Assembly: GCA_024704765.1 (NCBI GenBank)
Contig: JAKMXF010000296.1
Span: 195,307-259,306, forward strand
DNA from: Oopsacas minuta
Taxonomy: Eukaryota; Animalia; Porifera
Direction of reading: 5' to 3'
DNA: 64,000 nt
Below the pieces are notes generated by a model. It saw nothing but the letters and a program-made list of their open reading frames with translations. It was not told the DNA's origin and made no database searches. The position numbers were made by a program, and so were the translations under genes. The stretch's first letter is position 1. Every line of letters starts with the position of its first letter. This document shows positions 13,400 through 26,165 of the stretch, piece by piece.

Positions 13400-14350
13400 G
13401 CGACAAATCATCCTCTTTGATGGATTCACTTAAAATCGGAAAAAATATATAGATCTAAGACGTGTGTAAGGGTCAGAAGGTATCAAGATACCTGGTTATA
13501 ACAAGATTGCTGCCCCCCGGTACACATAATAACTTAACAGATGAAGCATTTTTGATTACTCAGGAATATCCTATTGGTATTGGTGTGTCATATCGTAGGC
13601 GACCAACACAAACAGTAGATAGAATTTTGTCAGAATTCGCTACTTGTGAGGACAATAACAACTTGAAGTTTCGAAATTCGGGGGACTGGATGGACTGGCT
13701 GTCAACGTGTTTATCAGCAAGTGACACATCTTGACTTATAAACAGAAATGGCCATTTATAGGCTTCAAAGGACTGTCAATCGAATTAATTTGGAAGAATA
13801 CAATACCAAATACCCCTTTCTCAATGAGACCGATTACAATTATGACTCTACAGGAAATGAACAGAATATCAAATTTCTAAAAGATACATTAATTTATGAA
13901 GAAACCACTTATAAAGAAGCAAGTGGTTTATAGCTTATAAACTGTTTTGCTAAAGTAGAGATTCTCCGTTTGCAGTTAGATGGGAAAAGGGCCAAGATTC
14001 TTAGTGGATCTGGCGATGCGTGCTGCCAGTTCTGTACAGCTACGTTTGCTCAGATTCATGACCAAGACCTCGTCAGTCAAGGGTTTCCGATGAATAGATC
14101 CATCTTGAAGCCAAAGTAAAGACTTCAATGAAGAAGAATAGATCCAGCTCAAATCTAACCAAAGATTCAATATAACTCACAGAACGATATCTGAGTTAAA
14201 CATTGTTCCAAGTTCTCCTTTGCATGCATAACTATGTTGCTTTGACTGGTTCTTATCTTTAGTTAGCCATTCACATGCAGGAAACGTAAGTGGTCTCAAA
14301 ACAACAAAAGTTAAAGAACTAAATGGAAAATGTGAGATCAGAATGTCTTG
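13400..14350 (+). pseudogene. Second RAG1-like / Transib transposase relic (distinct lineage, 3'-truncated)
   Basis: Stitched frames: LMDSLKIGK..YIDLRRV, GLDG(S)GCQRVYQQ (D at 13689), PNTPFSMRPITIM, VEILRLQLDGKRAKILSGSGDACCQFCTATFAQIHDQDLVSQGFPMNRSI (D at 13979, CxxC) and SSPLHA..CCFDWF. Degenerate coding-like sequence may extend upstream toward ~12900. Confidence 0.82.
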
Positions 14351-14399
14351 TAGATACATATTGAAGCAATTCTAAAATCACACAATGATTAGAAGGAGA

Positions 14400-14560
14400 G
14401 ATACAGGGACCATTTTTGAGAGAAAATTGTTGTTGGTTGGGTGCAAAGCAATTTTCAACAAGAGGGTCCCCGCACATACTACTAAAAGAAGTCAAGAATT
14501 GCTAAAGAATAATTTCCCGAGGTATGGGAGTAAGGAAATAATTCTAAGAAGTGAGCAAAA
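14400..14560 (+). mobile_element. Tc1/maT transposase fragment
   Basis: NFQQEGP/PAHTTKRSQELLKNNFPRYGSKE resembles the FQQDGAPAH..SQEW..NFP segment of DD37 transposases. Confidence 0.55.
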
Positions 14561-14654
14561 TTCAGTCGAACTCGCAAACGAAGTATAATACAGGAAAAGG
14601 TCGGAGCTTATATAGGAAATCAAATAGGCAACATTTCTAATTCATATAATTGCC

Positions 14655-15184
14655 CTAGTGAGCGTCGCTTGCTAGGTTGCTGTGCGACAACTTAGTGATC
14701 CAGGGTAGCTTAGGTATTAGTTAAACAGCTAAAATATATAGTGATTGGTCGCTAAGTGACAGAATATACTCGACGCTTCGTGCCAGGGATATTAAAAAAT
14801 TCTGAAAATGTTGATTTTGTACGGTTATGACCTAATAACCACATGATGAGTTAGCTTTGGGTTAGAATCATGACATCAGGACATCTGTCACACTGAGCGG
14901 TACCTGTGATTAAATTTTCAAATTTCACCATGTGTGTTGGCTAGCAATGTTAATAATGTGACTTTTCGAAAATCCAAAAGGTGACAATTACGTCAAAAAT
15001 TCATCATTGGTGTGCCTTTCGTCCAAGTCTTGGCTGTATCCGACCCCGGCCCAAAATACTTCTGTATTCCTAAAATCAGCACTGGAGGTCTTCCAGTTTC
15101 TTCAATCAATTCTAGGAGTACAAACATGTTTATACACACACATACATAAATACACATAGATTAATTTCGATTTAATAGAATAGA
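14655..15184 (-). mobile_element. Non-autonomous Helitron-like element with both termini (~530 bp)
   Basis: Minus strand starts A|TCTATTCTATTAAA followed by a (TG/TA) microsatellite-like tract. It ends GTCGC-15 nt-GCGAC hairpin then CACTAG. No TIR or TSD. Confidence 0.6.
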
Positions 15185-15660
15185 TGCATCACATCCATTG
15201 GGAATTCAATTTCATAACTCCTGTAGTTCAATCACTGTTTGTGATGCAGCCTTTTTCGTATATACAATTTGAGAAACATCATGATGAGAAATCATAAATT
15301 GAACAATAAAAATGCATACTCTAATATTATCCAGATATATATCGCTAATACACACCTAAGCTCTATCATACGTAATTCTCGAGATGTAGCACAAAACACA
15401 TTTCCAGTCGGGCTTCAATTTTTCTAGACCTTTCGGTGATATACACTACCGTGCATTAAGTAGACATGTTCTAACCGGTTAACGCTAATAACATTATCCT
15501 TGAGAATCTGACAATATGTTATACAGATATATTGAATAACGTCATGGATTATACAAGAGTAGATAAGAACCGTTTAGCAGAGGATGGCTCTTATGAACAG
15601 TAGCATGGTTTGAAGCGATTACGGTTGCAAAAGGTTGAACGATAAAGGGTGACTACCTAC

Positions 15661-15857
15661 CTGCATTATTACGTGCCTTTCTTGCTCTGTATCAAAATTT
15701 GCTTTAGTAAAGTCCAAACTATTCAAAAGTGCTTTACATGCAGCTAAACGCACGCGGTTACTCAATTCTTCACGACGCATACCTTGAATGATAGCAGTAA
15801 GAATGGTATTGGCCTGTCCACTAATAATTTGAGGTGATATTTCCTCACAGAGATAAC
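15661..15857 (-). CDS. KPNB1: Importin subunit beta-1, coding exon 2 (197 nt; not in ORF track)
   Basis: Minus strand: polypyrimidine tract ...ttttctccttcattAG|GT TAT CTC TGT GAG... gives (G)[65 protein letters not shown]|GTAGGT. The phase matches exon 1 (G+GT=Gly), restoring the conserved [11 protein letters not shown]. Confidence 0.95.
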
Positions 15858-17005
15858 CTAATGAAGGAGAAAATGAAAAAATAAATATAAATAGTGATAA
15901 TAATGGAAAAAAGAGAATATGGACACAGGATTTGAAAGAAATTCGATACTAGTAATCTATGTACCAACACAGACTTAAACATAACATACGAGTATAGGCC
16001 GGTTGGGAAGACATATACGGAATCACAAGCCTAGTTGCACCAATGGATTACGCTATATAATATACACTATTTGGAAATGAGATGGTACCTCGACATGGTA
16101 GATAACAAGAAAGATTCGGTTTCAAAAGCTTCATACACAGGCCTAAAGCATGTAAAAATTCAAAAAATTCAACATACGGGAATATTGACTTCTGACAGTT
16201 GTAAATAGCGGCTGTAAGCTAATCGCCGCAACATCCAACAAGCTGTAAACTCTACCAAACAAATCGAGGCAACCTTAAGCACCTGATTAGTACTCAGAAT
16301 CAATTTCCAGTTATTTGATGGTTCATGGACCATAATTTGTCATAGCAATGCAAAAATGTGTCATGAATATAACAACATTCTGTCCTGAAATTGTGTCTTA
16401 ACCCCAGTGACTCCGCGTGCAAGCTGAATATATTTTCTAATAATGATACTAAATAGCAGGATTTCGAAATTGCCGCATAACTATGTATTTATCGTATTAT
16501 GAAGGAAATAAATATTATTCAATATAACTACACTAAATATATCGAATATTCTGAATCCGATTTTCGCACTTATGACTAATCAAATGTAAATTCATTGTTT
16601 TTCATGAATATAAAGTAAACAAATTTCAAAATTGTGCTAAAAACATGTTTTCAACGACTACCAAAAATGATATTATAAACAACATTTCATAAATATTTGT
16701 ACAATTTGGGGACTTAAAGTAAGCAGATTTAAAGATGATGGAAGTATCATGTTTGCTACGGTTAAGATTATGAGCATATGATTTATAGGGCCGTAGACAA
16801 GATTACGAGAAGTGTTCGCAACCACGTAGCGGGAGTAAGCTAAGCCGGCTCGTATTTACTTACAACTTGATAATCGTTACAATTATGGTCAAATCAAGAT
16901 CGCGAATTTAGTATACATACCCAACCTCCCATACTAGATAATACATTATGAATTAAAATCTCGGTTCCGGGAGAAAATCAATGATCTTTCATAATTGAAC
17001 TACAA

Positions 17006-17500
17006 GATGAGAGGGGGGCATGCATTCGTCCAAAATGGTATGCATGCATTTGCCAAATTATAGATGTTTGGGTTAGTCCAAATTTTTGGTGATCGAATGC
17101 ATGCATTCACGGGGAAATATCTTCGCGAGGAAAGATTGCCATTTACATTAGTAGTAATGAACATAAATAGTCTCACATGAAAATTTCCTATTTTGACACC
17201 TTCCAAGGTGAGTTCTAAATGCACTCAGCAACTCACAGCTTGCTTCAGATCCAACAATAATTCAATCAAAAGACGACACAAATTATCCAAATAGTCTACT
17301 GAAATGCTCAACTTCTCACCTCAAGCCAATATAGCTAGATACTCTTGTCAAAATTCAATTCTAGCACATTCCAAAGTATGTACGAAATACTCTCAGCAAC
17401 TCCTAGCCTGCTCTAGATCCAACTCACGCGAACATCCCAAAAATTTGGACCAATGCATACATACGAATTTGGAGTAACGACGCGCCCCCAATAAAGATCA
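17006..17500. repeat. MITE-like element with ~55-bp imperfect TIRs and an internal direct repeat
   Basis: GGGGGCATGCATTCGTCCAAAATGGTATGCATGCATT at the left is inversely matched near 17440-17495. CTCAGCAACTC...AGATCCAAC is repeated at ~17222 and ~17390. Confidence 0.45.
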
Positions 17501-18509
17501 AGAGCATTTTAGAATGCTTCAATGTTGGAGCATTTTTCAAACATATCAGCATATTAGGCGATCACATGACGTCTCTTCTACCTGAAATTGTTTCTAGATG
17601 TGAAATGTATGATTCATTACATCAGATTTGTGAACCTGATGATAGCAACAGTATATTTGCTAATATTATGAGTTATTTGTTTGTACCTCTAATCAACCAC
17701 AATGCACTTCTTATTTATCCCTGGTCCAAATATAATTAAATTTCAAGTCCTTATATTACGTAGTTCATGAAAAATTTATATATTCATTCGTAAATTTAAT
17801 TTAAATAATAGCATTGCATGAAATGAAAGAAATGAGATAGCATGTAGGTACAGGTGCCTTCCACAATTTTTCAAGTATTTTTGAGAATATTATAAATGCG
17901 TGTAAAGGCAACTCTAATAAAATATTACTATCATACATTGTAGTATATGATTATCAACCATTACCATAGAGCGTAGGAAAATAAAGGAGAAAATACTTTA
18001 GATAGGAATATTTAAGTATTTCAGCAACCCAAGTAGGTTACTTAAGTACGAATTTAAGACTTAAGTTTGAAGATAATCAAAGTGTAGACTTAAGCCCTCA
18101 TAAAATGTGGGCATAAGTTCAATGGGATTAAGCTATTTGGATTTGGTCCCATACCTTACCGCAATAGAATGAAAGAAATTTTTGTGAGAATATATCATAA
18201 AATATAGAAACATATTACCAAAATGTAACACTTGTGTAGCTCTCTTGTTATAAGTTATATACTCTGTCATGCTCAATAACAATCATCATTATGAATTAGG
18301 TAATGAAAAGTAAATTCATTAGGAATAAATAAGTAAATAAATTTAATTATATGAATGTTAACATTTTCTGGGATCGGAATGTCTGTACTGGGTTTAAGCT
18401 GCTCAAGTTTCATCATTGTATTATATAGCACTTGTAACTTAGAAGGAGGAAATTATCAAAGATTATTAAAACATAGATTCAAGTTTCAAATTTACAATTG
18501 AAACTGAAT

Positions 18510-19705
18510 CATACCACCGCACACAATAATTCAAGGCCTCAGGTTAGCTAAGTAATAAACAGCTACAATTCGTGATGCTTTCGGTCGCTCGCGATGGGAT
18601 ATACTCGGCACTACGAGTATAAGGATAAAATCTTTGAAAATAGAATTCTTTCATTATCCATGGTCCATCCAAATTCCATTTAATGGCCTTTTCGGGAATA
18701 CATTAGATCAGTATTTCTCAACGTCCGACATCGCATTCCTCCCTTAGCGACCCCTAGGTTATTCGATAACCCCCCTATCTTTGAATCATCATTATACCTC
18801 AATTTTGTAGTAGTAATGATTAATTATCAGATAGTCGACCAAACAAACAATTATTGTCTAATAATTGAGTGATTATCTTACCTATATCCAAGATTAGAAT
18901 CCATTTTTGATTCGTATTATTCAACTTCAGTGAGAACCAGGAGCCTGACGCTCAGAAAATTTGTTCTAGCATTTTGAATAGAACTATGGATAACAATCCA
19001 AAATATACAACAAATAATGAAAAAATATGATGTTGACATTAACACTTACATGTTAGCTGAACAGTGAATAATGTTTCCGAACAAGTAGTATTATTCGTAA
19101 ATACTTAACGCCCTTTATATTCGAAGAATACTTCTATGTTTGGATGTGTTTAATCACTAATAATTGGTTAGATATCATAATATATATATTTGTCCAAGTT
19201 CTGAACCCGATCAAGTCGAAATTAATTGACTAGGTGAACCAATTTTGAGAGTCAGTGACCCGTTAAACTTGGTGGATTATCATTAAACATAATCCTCCCA
19301 TTGGGGCCAAGTGGACCCCGTTGAGAATTACTGCATTGGTTTTATGAGCCTTTAGGTAAGTAGAGTCGGCACTTTGTGCCTTGAGATAAGAATCATAAAG
19401 TCATAATGACGTCATATTGAGGAGTACCTGTGTTTCAAATTTCAAACTTCTATCATGTATAGTGGCTGAGCAGTGATAAGTAATGTGATTTTTTGAAAAT
19501 CAAAAATAGTGACAATGACGCCATAATTTCGTCATAGGTGTGGATTTTCGTACAATACTCTAACTTACCTGAACAAGTCTTAAAATACCACGGTATGCCA
19601 AAAATCAGCTCTATGGGTTTTACAGTTTCTTCAATCAATTCTTGAGGTACAAACATCTATTTATACACAGATACACACAGATCAATTGCGTTTTAATAGT
19701 ATAGA
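18510..19705 (-). mobile_element. Helitron-like repeat copy interrupted by a Buster MITE
   Basis: 5' A|TCTATACTATTAAAACGCAA at 19705. Segments 19345-19540 and 18530-18700 are collinear with 48270-48720 once 18709-19333 is removed. Confidence 0.6.
18709..19333. mobile_element. hAT Buster-type MITE (625 bp)
   Basis: TIRs CAGTATTTCTCAAC / CAGTAATTCTCAAC. 8-bp TSD CATTAGAT / CATTGGTT (6/8, nnnTAnnn type). Confidence 0.75.
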
Positions 19706-20955
19706 TACACATATATACAGATTAATTGCGTTATAATAGCATAAATTAGTTTAGTTTGAATCAACAACTAGATAAATTGAGGAAAATTTAAACCACGATT
19801 TTTGGCAGTTTAAGTAGTACAGTAAAGTAGTACAAGTGGACATATTGTGTTAGAAAAAAATCGTATAGCGTGATGCAAATCAACATGTCACATTGAATCA
19901 TTTGACAGGTTTTCAACCATTGATCTTAAACGGTGTGGGCTGTAGAGCTGAAAGAAACAAAAACAAAATTAATAAATACTATCTATATACGATGCCACTT
20001 TGTAGTGGCAACAAGGTATCATATAGGTACAAAAATGTTAAAAGAAAAGATATATTTCCATGCTACATTGTCGCAGGAAAATAGAACATGTTTCGATTAT
20101 CAAGTAACATGCTCCTTGGAAGATGGTTGCATGCAACTCTAGTCATACACGGTGCAACAATGAAGCACGAAAAAAAGTATTTTCATGGTATAAAAGAAAG
20201 ATGCCAAGTCTCCACCTGATTTGTTGTTCTTGGAAATTTAGAGACATTTCAAATGACAATTCAAATTTCAATCGGATAAATAGGTTGTTGAAAAGTGGAC
20301 CCCAACATTGGAGACTAAGATTGTAGATATGGAAATAAAAAAAGAAGTGGGAGCAATTGCGTATGCATGGTGGACCCCAAGGTTTGAATTTGTTTCCAAA
20401 AAAATGATACCCATGGTATGCCCCATAGATGTATTCATTTCTCTTAGAAAATATCGATACAGTGGGCAAAACTTATGAACCCAAATGATTTGAATTTCGA
20501 TCTATCAAAATATCTCAACACCATTAAAACAACAAACGATAATACAGAAAATTGTAGCTCCATGAAATTAACGCTATACAAAATTAAGGGAAGGAATTTA
20601 CGTTATTCGGAGAGCAAGATTTAATATACATGAAGTTACAACGGGCGTTCAATAAGTTTTAGAGCCTATTTCTTATATAGCATCTGATGGAGTGCACTGT
20701 AGCCAAAGTAGAATATTAATAAGCCATAATACTTGTCAAATGAGATTTTAGCACCTTTTTGAGGTAATAAATCACACATTTTCCTTGCCGTAATAGGTTA
20801 AGTCATAAATATGACACCATAACATCCCTCTGTCAGGACTTTAAAGGATATTTCTCAGCTTTTAAGTAGTCATTCGATATTGTTTGCTAGTAACGTAAAA
20901 ATGCTCCTTATATGAGACAACTTTCCAATCTCAATTACGTCATAACCCTATCGAG

Positions 20956-21917
20956 TGGCACCCCTCCTTCGACGCCTCTGGTTAGATGAGTCTATGTGTG
21001 TGTGTGTGTGTGTAGACATCAAGCAACTAGTGATGCTTAAACACGATACTTCTCGATAAACATTCGCGGTCCCACAATTTAATTGATATTTCTGACATAT
21101 TGTCATAAATACTTGTTATCGTCTGTTTTGTTGATAATCCGTAGCTATAAATAAATTCATTTACCGTATAGTGCGGTTTTTGTTAACTGGTCCAAATATT
21201 TACGCTAAATTGTTGAGAAAAATTGCAAATCTGAATAGTTAATAATTCATATATCTCATGATTAATCATTAAAGATAACTCGTTTGCATAGTGATAGCAA
21301 TATTTTATGCAGTGAGAAGTCAGTTTAATGTTTCAAATTATCACATATATCAGTTTGGGGCAATCAACAGACTTCCCTGGGAATATAATATCATTTATCC
21401 CCATGGAAAGAGTTATCTTTCAGGATTAATCACAAGATGCAGGTAATATAGACTAGGTTTTTTACCCAGATTAACCACACTGTGGTCACAGATACTATTA
21501 TATGATATCTTTGTCAAATTGAAGCTTCATGACGAAACTTGACCAAACTTGACTAAATCTGACCAAATTTGATATGGTCATAAAAATTATCTACCGAAAG
21601 TGTGGTCAAAACTCGAGAGAGGTTGAGAAACCCTGATATCGCCAAATCAAATTGACAGTATTTGAGCACAATTTAGCATAAATATTAAGGTCAGTTACCA
21701 AGGATCAACACAATACGATAAATGAATTCATTTATAGCCATGTATTATTTACATAACAGACGATAACATTTGTATTTATCTGAAATATGTAAGAAATATC
21801 AAGAAAATTGAGGAACTGCGTAGGGCGATCTAGTAAAATAGCGTTTAAGCATCATTTAGAGGGCTGAGATATGTATACCTACACTCAGCTCACCTAGCGG
21901 AATCGAACGAGGAGTCA
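20956..21917. repeat. Non-coding TIR element (family shared with 59698-59912); contains (TG)9 at 20995-21012
   Basis: ~45-bp imperfect inverted termini with consensus ~TGAC..CTCGTTCGACGCCGCTAGGTTAGCTGAGTCTA. Internal 10-bp AACTTGACCA-like tandem units at ~21535-21570. Confidence 0.45.
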
Positions 21918-23240
21918 ATAGGTAACAATTTGAGATTGTAAAGTTGTCAGATTCTTGAAGTATTTACGTTGTTAGGATATAATCTCCCCAAATATGGTCA
22001 ACTGACCACTTAAGAGACTGGAAATCTTTCTCTGATTACGAATATAACAATGAAAACAAGGATTAGACTTCATTTGAGAAAGTTGTGCCTTTTTTTGGAA
22101 TATCTGCATATAGTCCGGACAGAGGGAGATTTCAGGACGGGATAAAGCGGGGATTCCGTTTGTATATCTATTCAAAATATCCCAAGCAGACTGGGTAAAC
22201 GAGGGGATATAGAGGTATTCGGTCATAGTCTTGAATAAACTTTATCTGTTCTACTACTTATATACACAATATTTGACTATCTTTATAATATTCCTTGATA
22301 ATGGAAATGGGAAATTTTGTAATACAGGACATACAACCATTATTCGCATTGATGGTGAATAGATGGTGATATTTTCGAAATATCATCCAGACAGGTAAAC
22401 TATACAAGATATGAACCCTATATGTATTACCAATACATATAAATACGGTGACAATGCACACGCTTGTACTCTAAAAATTAGATATGTAATCATCTGCTTA
22501 CGTAATAAGCTATTTTTGGATGATTTTACAGTACAGTAGAAACAACCTATTACCAACTTTTCATGAACATAAAGTGCAGTTTTGTATGATAATTAGTGTG
22601 CCTAATGGCAATATTCGCGTGTAGCAAGGAAAATGCCTGCAAAAAACAATATGCTATTAAGCGGTGTTCACTCTTGTTTTGAGGGTTTTTGCCAGTAATA
22701 AGTTAGATCTTCGGTAATTAAATGATACCATGATTACATGTGTTTGTTTCTAAAAAAGTGGAAATTTTGATGCAATCCTGATACATTCCTATGTTGCTAT
22801 CAAATGTATGTTAACAGATTCTAGCCATATCAGGAAACATTGATTATAGACTTCTACGTTTGAATGGTGCATCCTCAATTGGCGATAGGGCTGCTTATCC
22901 AAACCAAACGAGACAATCATCGATTGTTGATAACACATTTTGTATTGATTGGATTGTTTTCAGATTGCAATGAGTATTGAGATATCAAGAGGAGTATCTC
23001 ACGCTATACTAGTTGAAGAGATGAAGGCTATTAGGCACCCTGCAGGCGACATTTAAGTACAGACAAATCGGTCAATATTGTCTCGCAAAACCTCGAGAAA
23101 AGAAGCAAAGAAAATAATAAATTTGCAAGATGATTTTTGAATTATTGTAATTAAATAATTACACAACAAGCTATCTCATCTGACGAGTCCCAGGTTGAAA
23201 TGACGTCATCTGATTGGTTAAAACTTGTGAAAAATGCGCA

Positions 23241-23790
23241 ATTTTGAAGATCTGTCAAATGATCAATATTCCGTCATCTACTCTAAAATTAGCACCAATT
23301 GATCCAAGGATGTTCTCATACAAAATGTCGAAAAATTTCCATAATTAAGTTCTCTTGTCCCAGAATTATAGTAGTGACCATGGATGACACAATTCTGCTA
23401 ATATTCACCTATAATTTCGCAACCTTTAAAGTCATGGCCAATCATCTTGCACATGCTCGACATACTATACCATGATAATACGTTTTGATATGATATCTCT
23501 GACAATTAAGATGCAATCTTGAAAATGACCATATATGGTATTATTGATGACTGTGCAATAATCGTTGGACACATCATATCAATATGTATTATCAGAGTAT
23601 GGGAAGTCGAGTATACATCGTATGTTCGCAAGATGATTAGGAGTAACATTAAGGTTGTCAAGCTATTGGTAAATAGGGGCAAAATGTATCATCCATGGTC
23701 ACCACTATAACACTGAAACCAGCTGTCTATATCATGACCATTTTAGAGTAGACGACGGAATATTGATCACCTGACAGAGCTTGAAATTTT
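23241..23790. repeat. Foldback palindrome 1 (~550 bp)
   Basis: TGATCAATATTCCGTCATCTACTCTAAAAT (23270-23299) is inversely matched at 23740-23769. AGTAGTGACCATGGATGA is inversely matched at ~23687-23705. The centre is near 23500. Confidence 0.75.
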
Positions 23791-23814
23791 TTGAAGTAGG
23801 GATATAGTAGTGTA

Positions 23815-24695
23815 CGGTACATATTATTAGTATATATAATGGATTCGAATTGAACAAACAGTACTTTTATACCCAAGTAAATGCATACTGATATGTAGAA
23901 TATAATGTGTCCAAACAAATGGAAAACAATTTCAAAATTTGCCAATTTTTGATGGAAATGTAAAAGGTTAAATATCACATCTTTGATTCCTAAATTATTG
24001 TACGAAATGATGGAAAGATTCTTTTGTGAAACATATAAAATTGTCATTATTAAGTTGGCAGGTTTTTAGTTACAGTAGTGACCAAGGATGTAATAATTTT
24101 TCAATATCCATATAGAAGTCGAAATCCTCAATGATATACAAAACTCACAAATGTCGATTTGTAGTATATTTCCGTCTTTCACATACTCTTGTAATACATT
24201 TTGATATTATACCTATATTAATTATTGCATAGTCATCAATGAAACGATATATGGTGATATTCAGGATTGCATCATTATCTTAGGAGATATCATATCAACA
24301 TATATTATATGAGAATGAGAAATCGTGTATTTACTATATATCGGCAATATAGTTCTTTATCATTGAGGGTTTTCGACTTATAAATGGATTTTGAGAAATT
24401 ATTACCATCCTTGGTGGCTACTGTAACTCAAAAACCTGCCAACTTAATACTGACAATTTTTATATGATTCACAAAAGAATCTTTACATCATTTTGTAAAT
24501 TAACTTTGAAATCAAAAGGTGAAATTTTCAACGTTCTACATCTTATCAAATATTGAGTCATTTTCTCAAAATAATGCTTACGAAGCAAACAATTGGCATA
24601 TTTTTGGTGTGGACTCATGATATTCTACATATAAGGAATACATTTACAGTACATAAAATTATTGTTTATGCGATATGAAACCATTTTGTGTACCA
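23815..24695. repeat. Foldback palindrome 2 (~880 bp), same sequence family as palindrome 1
   Basis: 24017-24135 is the reverse complement of ~24360-24482 (roughly 85% by eye). Outer arms match at roughly 70%. The centre 24170-24300 is an inverted homolog of 23490-23610. Confidence 0.75.
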
Positions 24696-25030
24696 ATATA
24701 ATATAGACCTTACTTTGCTATATCCCTGGTACATCTGATGCTAGGCTTTATATTGAGATGGCTAGGGTCTGCTATCTTATCTGTATAGAACTGATAAAAA
24801 GGACGGATTGAATTTCCCATGCATATATAGAACATGCTAAACCTATAAACTATTCCTGCTAGATCTTTAGAGCTCTATAAGAATGGGTAAGAAATTTCTC
24901 TTGACGATAAACACTTCAATTTGTAATTATAAACGCTAGAATGGTAAGAGAAACCAAGGTTAACTCCGAGAGATGGGTCTCTAATTGAATGCTCCAAAAA
25001 ATAGATAGTAACTTCTTTATGATTCAAATA

Positions 25031-26165
25031 CAACGAGCGCTCAAAAAGTTCCCGACGCTACCCTATATTTTTGTAACTATACAGAATACACATGTACAAT
25101 TATTAAATTTTCTCAAAATAATCACCATTAAAGTCTATGACTCGTTGTAGACGATCTGACCATTTTAAAAAAAATAAATTTTTATAATCTTCGAGCGGCA
25201 TGTCTTTTAGGGATCTCAAAATTGCGTTCCCTAAGTCATTTCTGGTAGCAAAATGCCTGCCTACAAGGTCCTTTTCAACTTTGCAAAGAGCCAGAAATCA
25301 CAGGAGTGAGGTCAGGTGAGTGGGATAGGTCATCTAGCTCAACAACTCTCATTGTATCCAACTCTGAATTTACGAGTATAGTTTTATGTGGTTGTGCATC
25401 ATCGTGCAATAATCGCATGCCCCGCGGTTCAGACTTTGGCCTCCGCTCCGAGTAATCTTTTTCTTCTTTTGAGGGGCAACTATTGACATAAAAGTTCCCG
25501 GTAATTGTTTTCCCTTTTGGTATTACAATCTGGGCAACTGGCTCATGTGCATCAAAGAAAATTGAATATATGACCTTCTGATTTCTGAAGTCCGGCCTAG
25601 AGTTGACAGGAGGCGCCTCAGGTTTTACCACCCATACCTTCTTTCTTTATTTGGATAGTGGCTCGTCGTATCTTATCCAAGTCTCGTCACCAGCAATAAT
25701 TTCTGTTAGCCTTCTTGGATCCGAGTCATTATACTCGGGGAGCAATTTTCTTGCATAAGTTACCCGACGGTCCCTTTGGTCATTGGTAAGGGCATGCGGG
25801 ATCCACATCGAACAAATTTTGGTAACTCTCAGCTCATTGATAAGTATGGAATGAACAGCTCCCGTAGAGATCCCTACACTCATAGCTAACTCCTTAACAG
25901 TGACATGAGGACATGTCCTTCGGGACAATATCGAGAAGCGTGCGAATTTTGATATAGGGTCTTTGCTCATATTTCAAATTTGAAGCCATAAATATTGAGA
26001 AATTTGAAATAATCGTAACTAGAAGACTTTTGACGATATGGTGAAAGTTAAAGGAGTTCTGAATAGATAATAGAATAAGATTCATTATGAATACAGATAC
26101 GTAATATAATATTTTATATCGTAAAATTAAACGGCCAAGGTCGGGAACTTTTTGAACGTCCGCTG
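25031..26165 (-). mobile_element. mariner-family transposon, degenerate
   Basis: TIRs CAACGAGCGCTCAAAAAGTTCCCGAC / CAGCGGACGTTCAAAAAGTTCCCGAC. Motifs WIPHALT, IIAGDETW, LLHDDAQPH and SHSPDLTP. Confidence 0.88.
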
